A stretch of DNA of 64,000 nt from Candidatus Oxydemutatoraceae bacterium (lineage in GTDB: Bacteria > Pseudomonadota > Gammaproteobacteria > Poriferisulfidales > Oxydemutatoraceae), in the NCBI GenBank assembly GCA_965218975.1, contig OZ244717.1, forward strand, positions 192,001 to 256,000, read 5' to 3'. Below the pieces are notes generated by a model that saw nothing but the letters and a program-made list of their open reading frames with translations, made no database searches and was not told the DNA's origin. The position numbers were made by a program, and so were the translations under genes. How positions within the stretch are numbered: position 1 is the first letter of the stretch; each line of letters opens with the position of its first letter. Below, in pieces: positions 32,785-44,360 of this stretch.

Positions 32785-33510
32785 CTAAAGCAACGCGGAA
32801 AGTTGCTTTTTGACGTCATCCGTATCGGTAGCGGCAGTGATTTCGCGGGCCCGGTCGGCACCCGTCAGTCGGCCTTGCCGCAAAATCAACACACGATCAT
32901 CAGGATGCACTTCGTCAAGCAGGTGTGTGGTCCACAATACGGATAGTCCATTTGCGCATAAAGCACGTGTATGCTCCATGATGATACTGCGGCTGCGCAC
33001 GTCCAATCCGACGGTTGGTTCGTCCAGAATCAACAGGTTCGGATATTGGACCAGCGCACGGACAATTTCGACACGCCGCACCTGTCCGCCGCTGAGGCGT
33101 CTGATCTTGGTGTGCAACTGGTCCCGCATTTCAAGTCTTTCGAGCTCCCGGACAGTGCGCTGCCGGGTTACGGCTGCTGGCAGGCCATACAGATTGGCCG
33201 AGTACCTGATGTTCTGCCACACCGTCAGATCAATATCAAGCGAACGCTGCTGGAACACCACACCGATTTGGCGCAACGCCTCGGACGGCTGTTTCGCCAT
33301 ATCGTAACCATTGATGGTAATGCGCCCGTGTCGGGCATGGTAAAGTCCGGTGAGCAAAGAAAATAAGGTCGTTTTGCCGGCGCCGTTGTGTCCCAGCAAA
33401 ATGGCGAAGTCGCCACGTTCAATGGCGAAACCAACTGAACTGAGAGCTTCGAGCTTCCCGTAATTATAGCTGAGGTCGCTGACCGCAAGCGGCAAAGAGT
33501 CAGTTGTCAC
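32785..33510 (-). CDS. ABC ATP-binding protein (PedB/LutE-like)
   Basis: GHNGAGKTT, LSGGQ.RRVEI, LDEPTVGLD. Confidence 0.93.
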   Translation of the reverse strand: MTTDSLPLAVSDLSYNYGKLEALSSVGFAIERGDFAILLGHNGAGKTTLFSLLTGLYHARHGRITINGYDMAKQPSEALRQIGVVFQQRSLDIDLTVWQNIRYSANLYGLPAAVTRQRTVRELERLEMRDQLHTKIRRLSGGQVRRVEIVRALVQYPNLLILDEPTVGLDVRSRSIIMEHTRALCANGLSVLWTTHLLDEVHPDDRVLILRQGRLTGADRAREITAATDTDDVKKQLSALL

Positions 33511-34531
33511 GTGCGGCTATTCCCCACGGATAACGCCCTACCGCAACAGATTTGACAACACGTAATTTTTCTACGTCGATGACGGAAACATCATTGCTCA
33601 CCCCGTTGGTAGTGTAAAGCCTGCGTTCGCCGACATCAAAACCAAGCTGCCACACACGTTGCCCGACCAGCAAGTATTTTTCGACCTCGAATGTTTTTGC
33701 ATCAATCACGGCAACTCGGCTTGCCGGCCCCAGCGCTACGAAGGCCCGCTTGCCGTCACTGGTCAGACGTATCCCCACGGGTTGAATCGCTTCCGACCTG
33801 ATTCCGGGTACCGCAAACGAAATCTCCCGGATGATCTTGCGGGTGGCGTTGTCAATCACATGAACGGTGCCGCCTATTTCAGCGGAAACCCAGACTTGTT
33901 TACCGTCGGCGGTAAACTCGGCAAAACGCGGACGCTCACCGACCAGCACGTTGTCGGTTTTTTTATAGGTAGCGGTATCAATAAAGTGCGCCATGTTCGT
34001 CGTCTCGGAAGTATTGACCAGTGTTTTCCCATCAGGACTAACAGCCATGCCTTCGGGCTCAACACCCACCGGAATTTCTTTGGTGATCTTTTTGCTTGAG
34101 ATATCGAGAATGGTCACAATGTTGTCGTCTTCGTTGGCAACATATATTAAATTGCCGTCAGGGGAAAGCGCCATCAGTTCCGGGTCGGGCCCGGAAGGAA
34201 GAATCTCGATCAGCTTGTGGGTATTAAGATCGAGCACTTCGACCCGATCATCGTCACTGGCACAAATATAAAGATGTTGCTGATCTTTACTGATCACAAT
34301 ACCGCGCGGGCGCTGCCCAACCTTAATCGTATCGACAACTTCGAGTCGGTCGCTGTCAATCACGGAGATCGTGTTGTCTTTCTCGTTGGAAACGTAGATA
34401 TTGTACGATAAAGCGCTGGTGGTATATAAACCGCAGGCGGCAAACAACACAACCCCGGACAGGGTCGGCCGAATTTGACGATTGTTCACCGGGATCTTTC
34501 TGTTCATATTTTTTATCGACTGAGGACGCAT
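33500..34531 (-). CDS. YVTN beta-propeller protein, PQQ-catabolism associated
   Basis: YVSNEKDN, VGQRPRGI, SGPDPE, VGVEPEG repeats. Confidence 0.92.
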   Translation of the reverse strand: MRPQSIKNMNRKIPVNNRQIRPTLSGVVLFAACGLYTTSALSYNIYVSNEKDNTISVIDSDRLEVVDTIKVGQRPRGIVISKDQQHLYICASDDDRVEVLDLNTHKLIEILPSGPDPELMALSPDGNLIYVANEDDNIVTILDISSKKITKEIPVGVEPEGMAVSPDGKTLVNTSETTNMAHFIDTATYKKTDNVLVGERPRFAEFTADGKQVWVSAEIGGTVHVIDNATRKIIREISFAVPGIRSEAIQPVGIRLTSDGKRAFVALGPASRVAVIDAKTFEVEKYLLVGQRVWQLGFDVGERRLYTTNGVSNDVSVIDVEKLRVVKSVAVGRYPWGIAARDN

Positions 34532-35697
34532 CGGGTTTCCTTGTCTCCCATGTCATAACCTATAGTATCAAGCGCCGTTCTCTCGTGCAAAAATTGTTGT
34601 TGCGGAGATACCGAAACCAGGGAAGTGTCCGACACCAGGAGTATCGGCTGACGCAACTGCAGATTCCATGCGCGGAATGACATTTTTTGCCCCTTGTAGC
34701 CGGCGAGCGCAAAATCCGGGCTGCGGATATAATCCGCAATATCATTGTCTCCGACCGACATTGAGCGCGTAACCGCTTCGCCGACAACGCGCACCGCAGA
34801 CCATGCACCATAGTCTTTCTCAGAAAGATAGTGACCAAAATTCCTAAAAAAGCGACTTTGGATTTGCGCCGCTCCCCACTGCTCGTGGCTTCTGTGCCAT
34901 GTAACGGGTTTCAAGCCCTGGCTGCCGGCAACCGGACGCGGAGACCAGGTACGGTACATCAAGTATTCCCCGAACTCGCCGATGACATCGGCGACGATTA
35001 AAACGTCGTAATCAATACCCTGAGTAAAAACAGGAACAGTCGCAGCCGCGAGACGGCGCATGTCCGCACTGTATTCCCAGTCCTTTTTGGCAACGATCCT
35101 GCCGCCGAATTTTTTGGCAGAGCGTCGTATCGCACCCGAGAAACCGATATCGGATTGTCGCCGTCCGTTGACCAGAAACCACTTATTCCACTTCTTGGTA
35201 ATCAAATATTGCGCGAGCGCATCCGCAAACATTGCGTAACTGGGCACAAGATGTGCCACATTCGGGCGGCATTGTGCGGTGCGCAAGACGTCGTCGGACG
35301 CGCCAATGTTATAAAACCAGGCCTGCTTGCCCTGCTCCGAATCAGCAATTGACAGCAGGGCGGCGGCGCTTAAATCAACGATAAATTGTCGTGTTCCCTG
35401 GCTGAATGCCTCACTAAAAACCCTCTGCACGTCATCTTCGCGGTCCAACACAATATTTTCCAAGGCATAGTGATGCCCGGAAAATTCTCCGGTCGTGTTG
35501 TTGTCCATAATGCCCTGCATCCCACCATGCACACCGTCGTTCCTGGGCAGAATTTGCAGATTGGACAGCTTGGGTAAAACCTCCGTCGCCTGTTTTATAA
35601 ATACAATGCTAACGGTTTGTTTCTCTTTGCCGGACGCCACCATGCAAACAGCAAGGCATACCGACGCCACCGCCAACCATGTCAGATATTTATACAT
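34513..35697 (-). CDS. ABC substrate-binding protein of the PQQ-ADH system (LutA-like)
   Basis: Signal peptide MYKYLTWL..., [24 protein letters not shown]; overlaps the acs stop. Confidence 0.85.
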   Translation of the reverse strand: MYKYLTWLAVASVCLAVCMVASGKEKQTVSIVFIKQATEVLPKLSNLQILPRNDGVHGGMQGIMDNNTTGEFSGHHYALENIVLDREDDVQRVFSEAFSQGTRQFIVDLSAAALLSIADSEQGKQAWFYNIGASDDVLRTAQCRPNVAHLVPSYAMFADALAQYLITKKWNKWFLVNGRRQSDIGFSGAIRRSAKKFGGRIVAKKDWEYSADMRRLAAATVPVFTQGIDYDVLIVADVIGEFGEYLMYRTWSPRPVAGSQGLKPVTWHRSHEQWGAAQIQSRFFRNFGHYLSEKDYGAWSAVRVVGEAVTRSMSVGDNDIADYIRSPDFALAGYKGQKMSFRAWNLQLRQPILLVSDTSLVSVSPQQQFLHERTALDTIGYDMGDKETRCVLSR

Positions 35698-37627
35698 CCC
35701 GCGGTTGCCCCGCAATAATCTCGGTGACGATCGAAGGATCGGCAAGTGTTGAAGTGTCGCCCAGGTTATCCGCTTTATTATTTGCGATTTTGCGTAAAAT
35801 ACGCCGCATAATCTTGCCCGAGCGTGTTTTCGGCAAGTCGCTCGTCCATTGAATAATATCCGGAACCGCAATCGCGCCAATATCACGGCGCACCAGCGCC
35901 CGTAATTCCCGTTCAAGATCTGCGCCACCGCTATTGCCGGCCATCAACGTAACATAGGCGTAAATACCCTGGCCTTTAATCTCATGTCGATAGCCGACGA
36001 CTGCCGCTTCGGCCACTTTGTTGTGCAGCACCAGCGCGCTCTCAATCTCGGCGGTCCCCAGGCGATGTCCCGACACGTTGATGACGTCATCTATGCGCCC
36101 GGTAATCCAGTAATAGCCATCCTCGTCTCTGCGGCATCCGTCGCCGCTGAAATATTTGCCGGGGAAAACGCTGAAATAAGTATCGACAAACCGTTGGTGA
36201 TCTCCATATACGGTACGCATCTGGCCCGGCCACGGCCGGGTAATCACCAGTTTGCCCTCACACGTTCCCTCAAGCTCATTGCCGTTGTCATCCACAATGG
36301 CGGGGCAGACACCGAAAAACGGTCGCGTTGCGGAACCGGGTTTTAAGGGAGTCGCACCGGGTAACGGAGTAATCAAATGCCCACCCGTTTCCGTCTGCCA
36401 CCATGTATCTATAACCGGGCAACGCCGGTCGCCCACGACGTTGTAATACCATTGCCACGCCTCGGGGTTGATCGGTTCACCCACTACTGCCAGAATGCGC
36501 AAACTGTCGCGGCTGGTCTTGCGCACCGGCGCGTTACCGAAACGCATCAGCGCACGGATCGCCGTCGGAGCGGTATAAAAAATATTGACCCGGTGCCGGT
36601 CCACTATTTGCCAGAAACGCGATGCATCCGGATAAGTCGGCACCCCTTCAAACATCAAAGTTGTCGCGGCGTTGGCGAGGGGTCCATATACGACGTACGA
36701 ATGCCCGGTGATCCAGCCGATGTCGGCGCTACACCAGAAAACCTCTCCATCGTGATAATCAAAACTATATTTGTGTGTTGCGGCAGCATACAACAGATAA
36801 CCTCCCATCGTATGCAACACACCCTTAGGCTTACCGGTAGAACCGGACGTATAAAGCACAAACAGCGGGTCCTCCGCAGACATTGCCGCAACCGGGCAAT
36901 CATCGCGCACGTCTTTGCATAGCTCGTGCAGCCATACATCGCGGCCGCCCGAGAAAGGCGCCTTTATCCCTGCGCACTTAACGACGATTACGCGGCGCAC
37001 ATCCGGGCATTGCTGCAACGCCGCATCAACGTTGGCCTTTAACGGAATTGTCTTGCCGCCGCGCATGCCCGCATCGGCAGTAATAACAACACGGCAATCC
37101 AGATCGAGAATCCGACTGCGCAAAGATTGCGGTGAAAAACCGCCGAACACCACCGAATGAACAGCGCCGATGCGCGCGCATGCCAGCATCGCGACTGCTG
37201 CTTCTATAATCATCGGCAGGTAGATACATACGCGATCGCCCTTGCGTACCCCTTCGGCTTTTAGCGCATTGGCGAAACGGCATACCAGCGTATGCAGCTC
37301 GCGGTAACTACAGGTCTTTGACGTTCCGGGTTCGTCGCCTTCCCAGATGATTGCGCTACGCTCGCCGTGCTTGTCCAGATGACGATCGACACAGTTGTAA
37401 CAAACGTTGAGCTCGCCGCCGTCAAACCAACGAATCAATCCCTGATGGTAATCCCACTCAAGCACTTTATCCCATGGGCGCGACCAGTGCAGGAACTGTC
37501 GTGCCTGCTCGGCCCAGAAAGCCTCCGGGTCCTGAATCGATTGCCGGTACATACGCTGATAGGTATCCGCATCAATGATCGCGTTCCGTGCAATGTCATC
37601 GGGCACCGGATATGTGCGCTCTGGCAT
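35690..37627 (-). CDS. acs: Acetyl-CoA synthetase
   Basis: [33 protein letters not shown]. Confidence 0.97.
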   Translation of the reverse strand: MPERTYPVPDDIARNAIIDADTYQRMYRQSIQDPEAFWAEQARQFLHWSRPWDKVLEWDYHQGLIRWFDGGELNVCYNCVDRHLDKHGERSAIIWEGDEPGTSKTCSYRELHTLVCRFANALKAEGVRKGDRVCIYLPMIIEAAVAMLACARIGAVHSVVFGGFSPQSLRSRILDLDCRVVITADAGMRGGKTIPLKANVDAALQQCPDVRRVIVVKCAGIKAPFSGGRDVWLHELCKDVRDDCPVAAMSAEDPLFVLYTSGSTGKPKGVLHTMGGYLLYAAATHKYSFDYHDGEVFWCSADIGWITGHSYVVYGPLANAATTLMFEGVPTYPDASRFWQIVDRHRVNIFYTAPTAIRALMRFGNAPVRKTSRDSLRILAVVGEPINPEAWQWYYNVVGDRRCPVIDTWWQTETGGHLITPLPGATPLKPGSATRPFFGVCPAIVDDNGNELEGTCEGKLVITRPWPGQMRTVYGDHQRFVDTYFSVFPGKYFSGDGCRRDEDGYYWITGRIDDVINVSGHRLGTAEIESALVLHNKVAEAAVVGYRHEIKGQGIYAYVTLMAGNSGGADLERELRALVRRDIGAIAVPDIIQWTSDLPKTRSGKIMRRILRKIANNKADNLGDTSTLADPSIVTEIIAGQPRDV

Positions 37628-37810
37628 GTCTTCTCCTGTCAGTAAAAAACCGGCGGGGCGCTGCCCCACCGTCAACCATCAGTTAATCCGCATAATACAA
37701 CATGCCGAAACATCCGCAGCGATCAATAAACAACCTCTTTGGCGAAATATGCGGGCGCCCGGCGCGGTACGAGTGCCACACCTTTAATAACCTTCTCCGA
37801 TAAGCGCGGA

Positions 37811-39322
37811 TTAGGAAATATTGACGGTGACGGCTTTAGTCTCAGTATAGTTTTCGAGCACCGCTTCGCCCATTTCACGTCCCCAGCCGGACTGTTTATA
37901 GCCACCGAACGGTAATGCGGCGTTGAAAATGTTGTAGCAGTTGACCCACACCGTGCCGGCGCGTAATTTGGACGCGAGCCGATGCGCTTTACCAACGTCC
38001 TTGGTCCAGATACCAGCGGCAAGGCCATAGACTGTATCGTTGGCATTCGCGACAACTTCATGTTCAATTTCCTTGAACGGCATCGCCGTCACGACAGGTC
38101 CGAAAATTTCCTCGTGGTTGATGCGCATATCTTGACGGGTGTTTACCAGCACGGTCGGCTCAATAAAATAACCCGGGCCCTCTTTCTTTTTGCCGCCGAC
38201 TATCGCTTCGGCACCGTCGCTAAGGCCGGAATCAAGGTAAGATGCAACCCGTTTATGCTGAGTCTTGGAAACCATCGGCCCCATCTCGGTCTCAGGGTCC
38301 ATCCCCGGCCCGATCTTAATCTTGGATGCCGCATCCGCGACCCCCTCAACCACTTGATCAAAGATCTTGTCGTCGGCGTAAAGACGCGAGCCGGCACAAC
38401 AGCATTGTCCGTGATTGAAAAAAATAGCGTTTGCTGCGCCCGTGATCGCAACGTCAAGGTCGGCATCGTCAAGCACGATACTTGGGGATTTACCGCCAAG
38501 CTCGAGCGAAACTTTCTTAAGATCATGCGCCGCCGCCTGAACGATCAGCTTCCCAACCTCCGTTGAACCGGTAAAAGCCACTTTATCCACCCCGGGGTGG
38601 GCCGCGAGCGCCGCACCGGCGGTTTCTCCAAAGCCGGTAACGATATTGACCACGCCATCGGGAACACCCGCCTCCTGAAGGATTTCACCCAACCTCAGTG
38701 CCGACAACGGTGTTTCCTCGGCCACTTTGAGAACAACGGTACAACCTGTCGCCAGCGCCGGAGCCAGTTTCCAAGCCGCCATCAGCAACGGAAAATTCCA
38801 CGGGATAATCTGCCCGACCACACCGATCGGTTCTCGCAGGGTGTAGGCATGGTATTGAGTACCCGGTGTATAAAGCACGGACATCGGAATGGTCTGCCCG
38901 TGCATTTTTGTCGTCCAACCCGACATGTAGTGGAACATATCGGCCGCCAACGGCACATCGGCAACCCGTGCGACGGAAACGGGTTTTCCATTATCAAGCG
39001 ATTCAATCTCGGCGAGTTCCTCAACGTTATCGAGTATCAGGTCCCCGATTCTCGATACCATCCTGCCACGTTCGGAAAGAGGCATCGCGGGCCACGCACC
39101 GCTTTCAAAGGCTTTGCGCGCAGCCTTAACGGCGCGGTCTATATCCTCTTTTTCGCCCTCCGCAACATAGGCAATGACCTCTTCGTTAGCGGGATTAAGC
39201 ACTTCAAAGGTTTTACCCGATGCCGCCGACACCCATTGGCCACCGATCAGCATCTTTTTAGGTTGTTTGATAAAGCGGTGCAGTGTGATGTCCGCTTCCG
39301 ATTTTTCTACAGCTATGTTCAT
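37811..39322 (-). CDS. NAD-dependent aldehyde dehydrogenase
   Basis: [37 protein letters not shown]. Confidence 0.96.
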   Translation of the reverse strand: MNIAVEKSEADITLHRFIKQPKKMLIGGQWVSAASGKTFEVLNPANEEVIAYVAEGEKEDIDRAVKAARKAFESGAWPAMPLSERGRMVSRIGDLILDNVEELAEIESLDNGKPVSVARVADVPLAADMFHYMSGWTTKMHGQTIPMSVLYTPGTQYHAYTLREPIGVVGQIIPWNFPLLMAAWKLAPALATGCTVVLKVAEETPLSALRLGEILQEAGVPDGVVNIVTGFGETAGAALAAHPGVDKVAFTGSTEVGKLIVQAAAHDLKKVSLELGGKSPSIVLDDADLDVAITGAANAIFFNHGQCCCAGSRLYADDKIFDQVVEGVADAASKIKIGPGMDPETEMGPMVSKTQHKRVASYLDSGLSDGAEAIVGGKKKEGPGYFIEPTVLVNTRQDMRINHEEIFGPVVTAMPFKEIEHEVVANANDTVYGLAAGIWTKDVGKAHRLASKLRAGTVWVNCYNIFNAALPFGGYKQSGWGREMGEAVLENYTETKAVTVNIS

Positions 39323-39373
39323 TGTTTACACCTCCTACATTGTGTATAGTAATATATCATATATTACTTACTT

Positions 39374-39874
39374 ATGTGTTCATGTGGCACTATACATTGC
39401 AGTTTGTATTTTTCATATCCGAGTAAAGAAGCATTTAAGCAAGGAGTTGACCTTAAAATCAATGTTAAAGATCAGGACGTTGGCATATACAAAAAAGAAG
39501 TAATTAAAACTGATGACGGCAAGATGCACACGATATCCATACCTATGGTATGCATTGAATGTAAAGCATATCTTGATAAAACAATGTATGAAGGAAGCGT
39601 GGCGACTGCTACCAAAATAAAAAACGGAAATCCTCGTTGTTTATTCTTTATCGTGACAGAAACCTATGATGTATTTAGTAGTGTAGATATTGATATGACT
39701 CAAATTGATAACATCTATATTCTGAGAAAACAACGCCGTAATAGAAATAATCCAGCCAATGCTATATCAGTTGACGTAATAGAACATATGTTAGAAAAAA
39801 TAAGTTTGCGGTTAGGGACCGAAAGGCTATCGGTTGATGAAATGATTAAAAGAAACGGCTATCTGCGTGATTAA
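39374..39874 (+). pseudogene. C-terminal fragment of a Bpu10I-like restriction endonuclease
   Basis: AT-rich; CIECKAYLDKTM...A..IK.GNP...F.IVTE (PD-(D/E)xK-like). No N-terminus or methylase is visible. Confidence 0.6.
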
Positions 39875-40051
39875 CAAAATACAATGAACAAGAAGAAACT
39901 GGATAAAGATAAGGCTGCCCGTGCATTACTGAGCATGGAACTAGGTGATCGCAAGTGGCCACCTAAATCCACAAAAAAGGACTTGGAACGCAAGAGCAAA
40001 CCCGTAATCAGACAGCAGGTCGGCACGGTGTCGGCGGAGTACAAGGCTTAA

Positions 40052-42331
40052 TCAAAAGCTCACCTTCATACCCACCCATGCAGAAAGTGGAGCACCGGGG
40101 GCAAGGAAACGAGGGTCGTCGTCCAAGTCTTCCAATCCGGCCACCTCATTCGGCTCTTCACCGACAAGACCAAAGTTTTCGTACTCCCGGTCAAACAGGT
40201 TGTCAACGTTCAAGTACAGCTCGACCGCATTGTTCAGGTAATAACGCGCGCGCGCATTAACGACGGCGTAACCTGAAACTTTGTCCATTTCATTTGACTC
40301 ATCGCCCCGCAGATAACTGTCGGACACGGCGATCATATCCATCCCGATCAAAACCCGATCGTTAGGCACATAGTCCACGGCAAATTTGAATTGATCCTCG
40401 GGAATACCCGGAATCGTATCGCCTTTCTCTACCCGTATCTCGCCGTCGCTATTAGCATTTGCGTGATTCGGACTAAGTGCCGCAAAATTATCCTCAAAGG
40501 TGGCTTCAATGTGTGCATAATTCATGTTCCAGTTGAATTTTCCATGACTACCGGAAAGTGAAGTTTCGATGCCGACTCGCTCGGTTTCATCCACATTTTT
40601 GAACAAACCGCGCGAACGACCCAGCGTCTGGAAGACAATATCATCCTTGCTGCGTGTGTAAAAAGCTCCGACCGACCAGTTCCAGGAGTTTACTGTCTCT
40701 CCGCGCATGCCGAACTCAAAGCTTTCTGCGATCACTTCATCCAACGGCGGGTCGGCAAGAAAAGCATTGGGTAAACGACATTCCGCATCATCGTCACCAG
40801 CCATTTCAAGCACTTCCTCGTTACAGGCAAGTTCAATCGGCGTCGGCAAACGGCTTGACTCACTGTAGCCGACATACACGTCTATCTCAGGATTCCAGTG
40901 ATAGACCGCGCTGAGTGCCCAGTTGAAGTTGCTGAAGTCATGGGTCCCGTTCAGCTCCGGCTGTTCGCCGCTGCGATCGCGTAATTTGATCGTGCTGTCA
41001 TGATAATAACCGGACAGTGTCGCGGTCCAGTAATCATTGATTGAAACGGTGTCGGTCGCGTATAAATAAACGTTCTCAACACGGGTTTTCACCCTGGTTT
41101 GCTCATCGAAAAATTCACCGCTGTCCGATCCCGGGCCCTGCGTCGAGCGGTCGCTTCCCAACAAAGCTTCTTGCGTCTGAGCATCAAATCGCGCACGTCC
41201 CTCATAGTAACCCGCACCCATATCTATATCGTGTTCCAGCTGAAACCAATCCAGCGGAAAATCCAGCTCAAGCGCCCCCCCGAATGTTTTCTGTCCGCGT
41301 GTGCTGATATTGTTGACCGCAAGTCTGCTGCAGGGCACTGGTTGCCCGCCAAAGAGACAATCATCTTCTTCGGCGGCATCGCCGTTAAACGAAGCGGTAT
41401 CATTTTTGCGGTAGTAAAGATTACCGGACAATTGTACGGTCTCGGTCAGGTCATAATCCCCTTTGACGGCCCACATATACATATCGTTAGCGGTAATGTC
41501 GGGAGCAGTAAAAATAGCGTCGCGGTCGCGTGCAAGCAGTTCGATCGGAGACAATCCGTTGCCTTTCAGATTTGACATGGCTCGATGGTAATTGGCCGAC
41601 AGGGAACCATGCGTCCCCCGCCAATCAAAGCTGCTGTAAATATTCTCAGCCCAAGATTGCGAAAGATCGCGCCAGCCTTCCTCATAAAAACGTTGCGCAT
41701 TGACGTAATAGGCAAAGCGCTTGTTGTTGTTGCCGCTTTCAAAATTACCGATGATGCGCTGATATGCACCACCTTCGATTTCAAGCGCATGCCCAGGATG
41801 GGTAAAACCGTCTTTCATCTCCAGCACCACTGCGCCGCCCAATGTGTTTAATCCATACAAGGCGTTGGCGCCGCTGATCAAGCTAACGCCGGACACCGCG
41901 TTCATCGGCACCAGGTCCCAGTTGATCGTATCACCCAAAGGCTCGTTCAGACGCACTCCGTTTTGATAGACTGTCAGTCCGTTCGGCAAACCCAATAACG
42001 GCGAGGCTGAAAACCCTCGATAATATAAATCCGGCTGCAACGGATTGCCTTGTGCCGAGTTAATATGCACGCCGCTGAAGTTACGGTTGAAATAATCCGA
42101 AATATCCGGGCTGCCGCTACGTTCAAGGGCTGCGCTGCCAGCGCTTTGCACCCGTCCGGGAAAATCGCCGATGTTCAGGTCGTCCGATCTGACCGGTGTT
42201 GCGCCGATCACAATAATCCTTTCAACCTCTTCCGAGTGTACCGAAAAAGACACCGCAGAAAAAACGACAGCCAGCCCTGTCGTCAGGGTCCGCAGAAAAA
42301 TTGACCTGCCACCCCCGTCACTACCTCCCAT
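40052..42331 (-). CDS. TonB-dependent receptor, LutH-like
   Basis: Plug GNPLQPDL.YRGF.ASP..G...GL.VYQNGVRLNE..GDT.NWDL.P; NLFDREY; terminal Phe. Confidence 0.88.
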   Translation of the reverse strand: MGGSDGGGRSIFLRTLTTGLAVVFSAVSFSVHSEEVERIIVIGATPVRSDDLNIGDFPGRVQSAGSAALERSGSPDISDYFNRNFSGVHINSAQGNPLQPDLYYRGFSASPLLGLPNGLTVYQNGVRLNEPLGDTINWDLVPMNAVSGVSLISGANALYGLNTLGGAVVLEMKDGFTHPGHALEIEGGAYQRIIGNFESGNNNKRFAYYVNAQRFYEEGWRDLSQSWAENIYSSFDWRGTHGSLSANYHRAMSNLKGNGLSPIELLARDRDAIFTAPDITANDMYMWAVKGDYDLTETVQLSGNLYYRKNDTASFNGDAAEEDDCLFGGQPVPCSRLAVNNISTRGQKTFGGALELDFPLDWFQLEHDIDMGAGYYEGRARFDAQTQEALLGSDRSTQGPGSDSGEFFDEQTRVKTRVENVYLYATDTVSINDYWTATLSGYYHDSTIKLRDRSGEQPELNGTHDFSNFNWALSAVYHWNPEIDVYVGYSESSRLPTPIELACNEEVLEMAGDDDAECRLPNAFLADPPLDEVIAESFEFGMRGETVNSWNWSVGAFYTRSKDDIVFQTLGRSRGLFKNVDETERVGIETSLSGSHGKFNWNMNYAHIEATFEDNFAALSPNHANANSDGEIRVEKGDTIPGIPEDQFKFAVDYVPNDRVLIGMDMIAVSDSYLRGDESNEMDKVSGYAVVNARARYYLNNAVELYLNVDNLFDREYENFGLVGEEPNEVAGLEDLDDDPRFLAPGAPLSAWVGMKVSF

Positions 42332-42421
42332 AACAGCTGTTCCTCTCCTTAATTATATTGTTAGTTGGGCATCCATTTGGCGGAGCGGACGAGGACGAAT
42401 AATACCGTATGCTCATCCTGA

Positions 42422-43300
42422 CTAGTTGTTTCGTTCGAGCAGTTGCGCCACAGCGTGATGTCCCGCCGCGGCAGCCAGCTCAACGGCGGTTTTCCCGCTA
42501 CGGTCCTTAACGCTCGGGTCTGCCCTGTGCGCCAACAATAATTTCACCGTGCGCTCGGCGCCCGCCGCTGCGGCGAACATCAATGCACTGCGTCCGCGAT
42601 TATCCTGCAAATCCGGAACCGCACCGTTTCCCAGCAACGCCTGCGCGCACTCGGCCTGATCGTAAGCCGCGGCCCACATTAACAACGTCGTATCATTCCG
42701 ATAACGCCGATTCAAATCGGGTATCTTTGCAAACAACAGACCAAATATGTCCATGTTGCACTGAGCGGCGGCATAAACAAGTGCCGATTTCCCGGTATCG
42801 TCTGTCGCATCAACCGGCACGCCGTGACTTAGCAACAATTTAACCAACCCGATGTTTTGGTTATAGACAGCAACGGCAATCGGCGTCATTTTTTGAAGCG
42901 TCGCATGTTTCGGGTCGGCACCCATATCAATCAGCCAAGCGGCCATTTCCAAATGGCCATTTTTAACCGCACCGAACAATGCGGTTTCCCGGTTAACATT
43001 CGGCCGGTCAAGTTTTGCCCCTTGTTTCAGCAACATCTTCGCAAGCGCCAGATGTCCGCCGCGCGCCGCATAAATTAAAGCAGTGTTGCCAAAACGGTTG
43101 CGCGCCTCAACCGATGCGCCCTGTTCAAGCAACTGTTGTGCTCGCGGCAGGTCCCCTCCCTTTGCCGCGTCAAATAATGCAAAGTTCAGCTGCCGTTGTT
43201 CATCTGCTTGAGTCATGCATGTCGCAAACAAACAGTATACTGATAACAAGATTCGCACGGATAAAAATGCGGCAGGTTTAATGGAATGGCTGTACATCAT
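42422..43300 (-). CDS. Exported ankyrin-repeat protein
   Basis: Signal-like N-terminus; repeats G.TAL..AA..G...LL..GA. Confidence 0.92.
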   Translation of the reverse strand: MMYSHSIKPAAFLSVRILLSVYCLFATCMTQADEQRQLNFALFDAAKGGDLPRAQQLLEQGASVEARNRFGNTALIYAARGGHLALAKMLLKQGAKLDRPNVNRETALFGAVKNGHLEMAAWLIDMGADPKHATLQKMTPIAVAVYNQNIGLVKLLLSHGVPVDATDDTGKSALVYAAAQCNMDIFGLLFAKIPDLNRRYRNDTTLLMWAAAYDQAECAQALLGNGAVPDLQDNRGRSALMFAAAAGAERTVKLLLAHRADPSVKDRSGKTAVELAAAAGHHAVAQLLERNN

Positions 43301-43303
43301 TGT

Positions 43304-44290
43304 TTACGGTGCTTCCAACATAGTTTTCACGTGGATGGTTGCGGCGGCAGCCAAGCCCGGCAGGCTGTACCCGCCTTCCAGCAATGAAACCATACAGCCG
43401 TCGCAATACTCATCGGCAAACCCCTGCACGATGCGGGTCAACCTGGCAAAACCGTCATCCGTTACACTGAAGCAACCAAGTAAATCATCTTTGCGGCTGT
43501 CAAACCCCGCGGAGATCAATATCAGGTCAGGCTTAAAACGCCGCACCGCCGGAGCCAATTTGTCATTGAACGCCGCCACGATATCGTCGTCGTTTGTATC
43601 GCAGCCAAGATGTACATTGATATTGTAGCCCACACCCCGACCGGCGCCAACTCTGGCGGGGTCGCCGCTCCTCGGATACGCATTATAGTCATGTGTTGAG
43701 AAAAAGAGCACCGATGGGTCTTCATAAAACGCCGCCTCCGTGCCGTTACCGTGATGGTAATCCCAATCCACTATCAGGATACGCTCGCGCCGATAGTGTT
43801 TCTGTGCATAACGGGCCGCAACCGCGACGTTATTGTAAAAACAAAATCCTTCTTCCTTGCCGGTATTCAATGCATGATGGCCGGGAGGTCTTGTTACACA
43901 AAAAGCACTGTTTTGATCACCGCTGCAAACCGCTCTGACAGCAGCCAGACCCGCACCGACGGCGCCTAACGCAACCTCGCCGGAACGGCCGTAATGCTGC
44001 TTGATTTGTGCCACATGCTCGACAGTATGAATCTCTAATAATTCCGACTCAATTCCGGTCAGCAATTCCACCTTGGAAAGATTCTGCAGCAAACCGACTT
44101 TGGCGAAATTATCAACGATCGCCTGATATCGAAACGGCGACTCCGGATGCCCCGGTTGCAGCCAATGCTTAAAAAACAACGGGTCATAAACGACCCCGAC
44201 TTTGCGGCGAGGTGCTGCACCGACATCCATACGGGTTGATGCAAACAAAGCCATGCTTGTTCCCATACTCAAAAACTGTCTTCGGTTCAT
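43304..44290 (-). CDS. Histone-deacetylase-family Zn amidohydrolase with a Tat signal
   Basis: MNRRQFL signal; HPESP.R, RPPGHHA, GFCFYNN, DWDYHHGNGT, SAGFD, LEGGY. Confidence 0.92.
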   Translation of the reverse strand: MNRRQFLSMGTSMALFASTRMDVGAAPRRKVGVVYDPLFFKHWLQPGHPESPFRYQAIVDNFAKVGLLQNLSKVELLTGIESELLEIHTVEHVAQIKQHYGRSGEVALGAVGAGLAAVRAVCSGDQNSAFCVTRPPGHHALNTGKEEGFCFYNNVAVAARYAQKHYRRERILIVDWDYHHGNGTEAAFYEDPSVLFFSTHDYNAYPRSGDPARVGAGRGVGYNINVHLGCDTNDDDIVAAFNDKLAPAVRRFKPDLILISAGFDSRKDDLLGCFSVTDDGFARLTRIVQGFADEYCDGCMVSLLEGGYSLPGLAAAATIHVKTMLEAP

Positions 44291-44360
44291 TCCCAAGATT
44301 CCTATAGAAAGGATAATGTAATACAAGCTGTACAAATTCTCAATGTATTGTACGATGTAT

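Noticed and set aside
23971-44290. Lanmodulin gene in the cluster
   Set aside because: No ORF with repeated EF-hand D-P-D-x-D-G motifs was seen.
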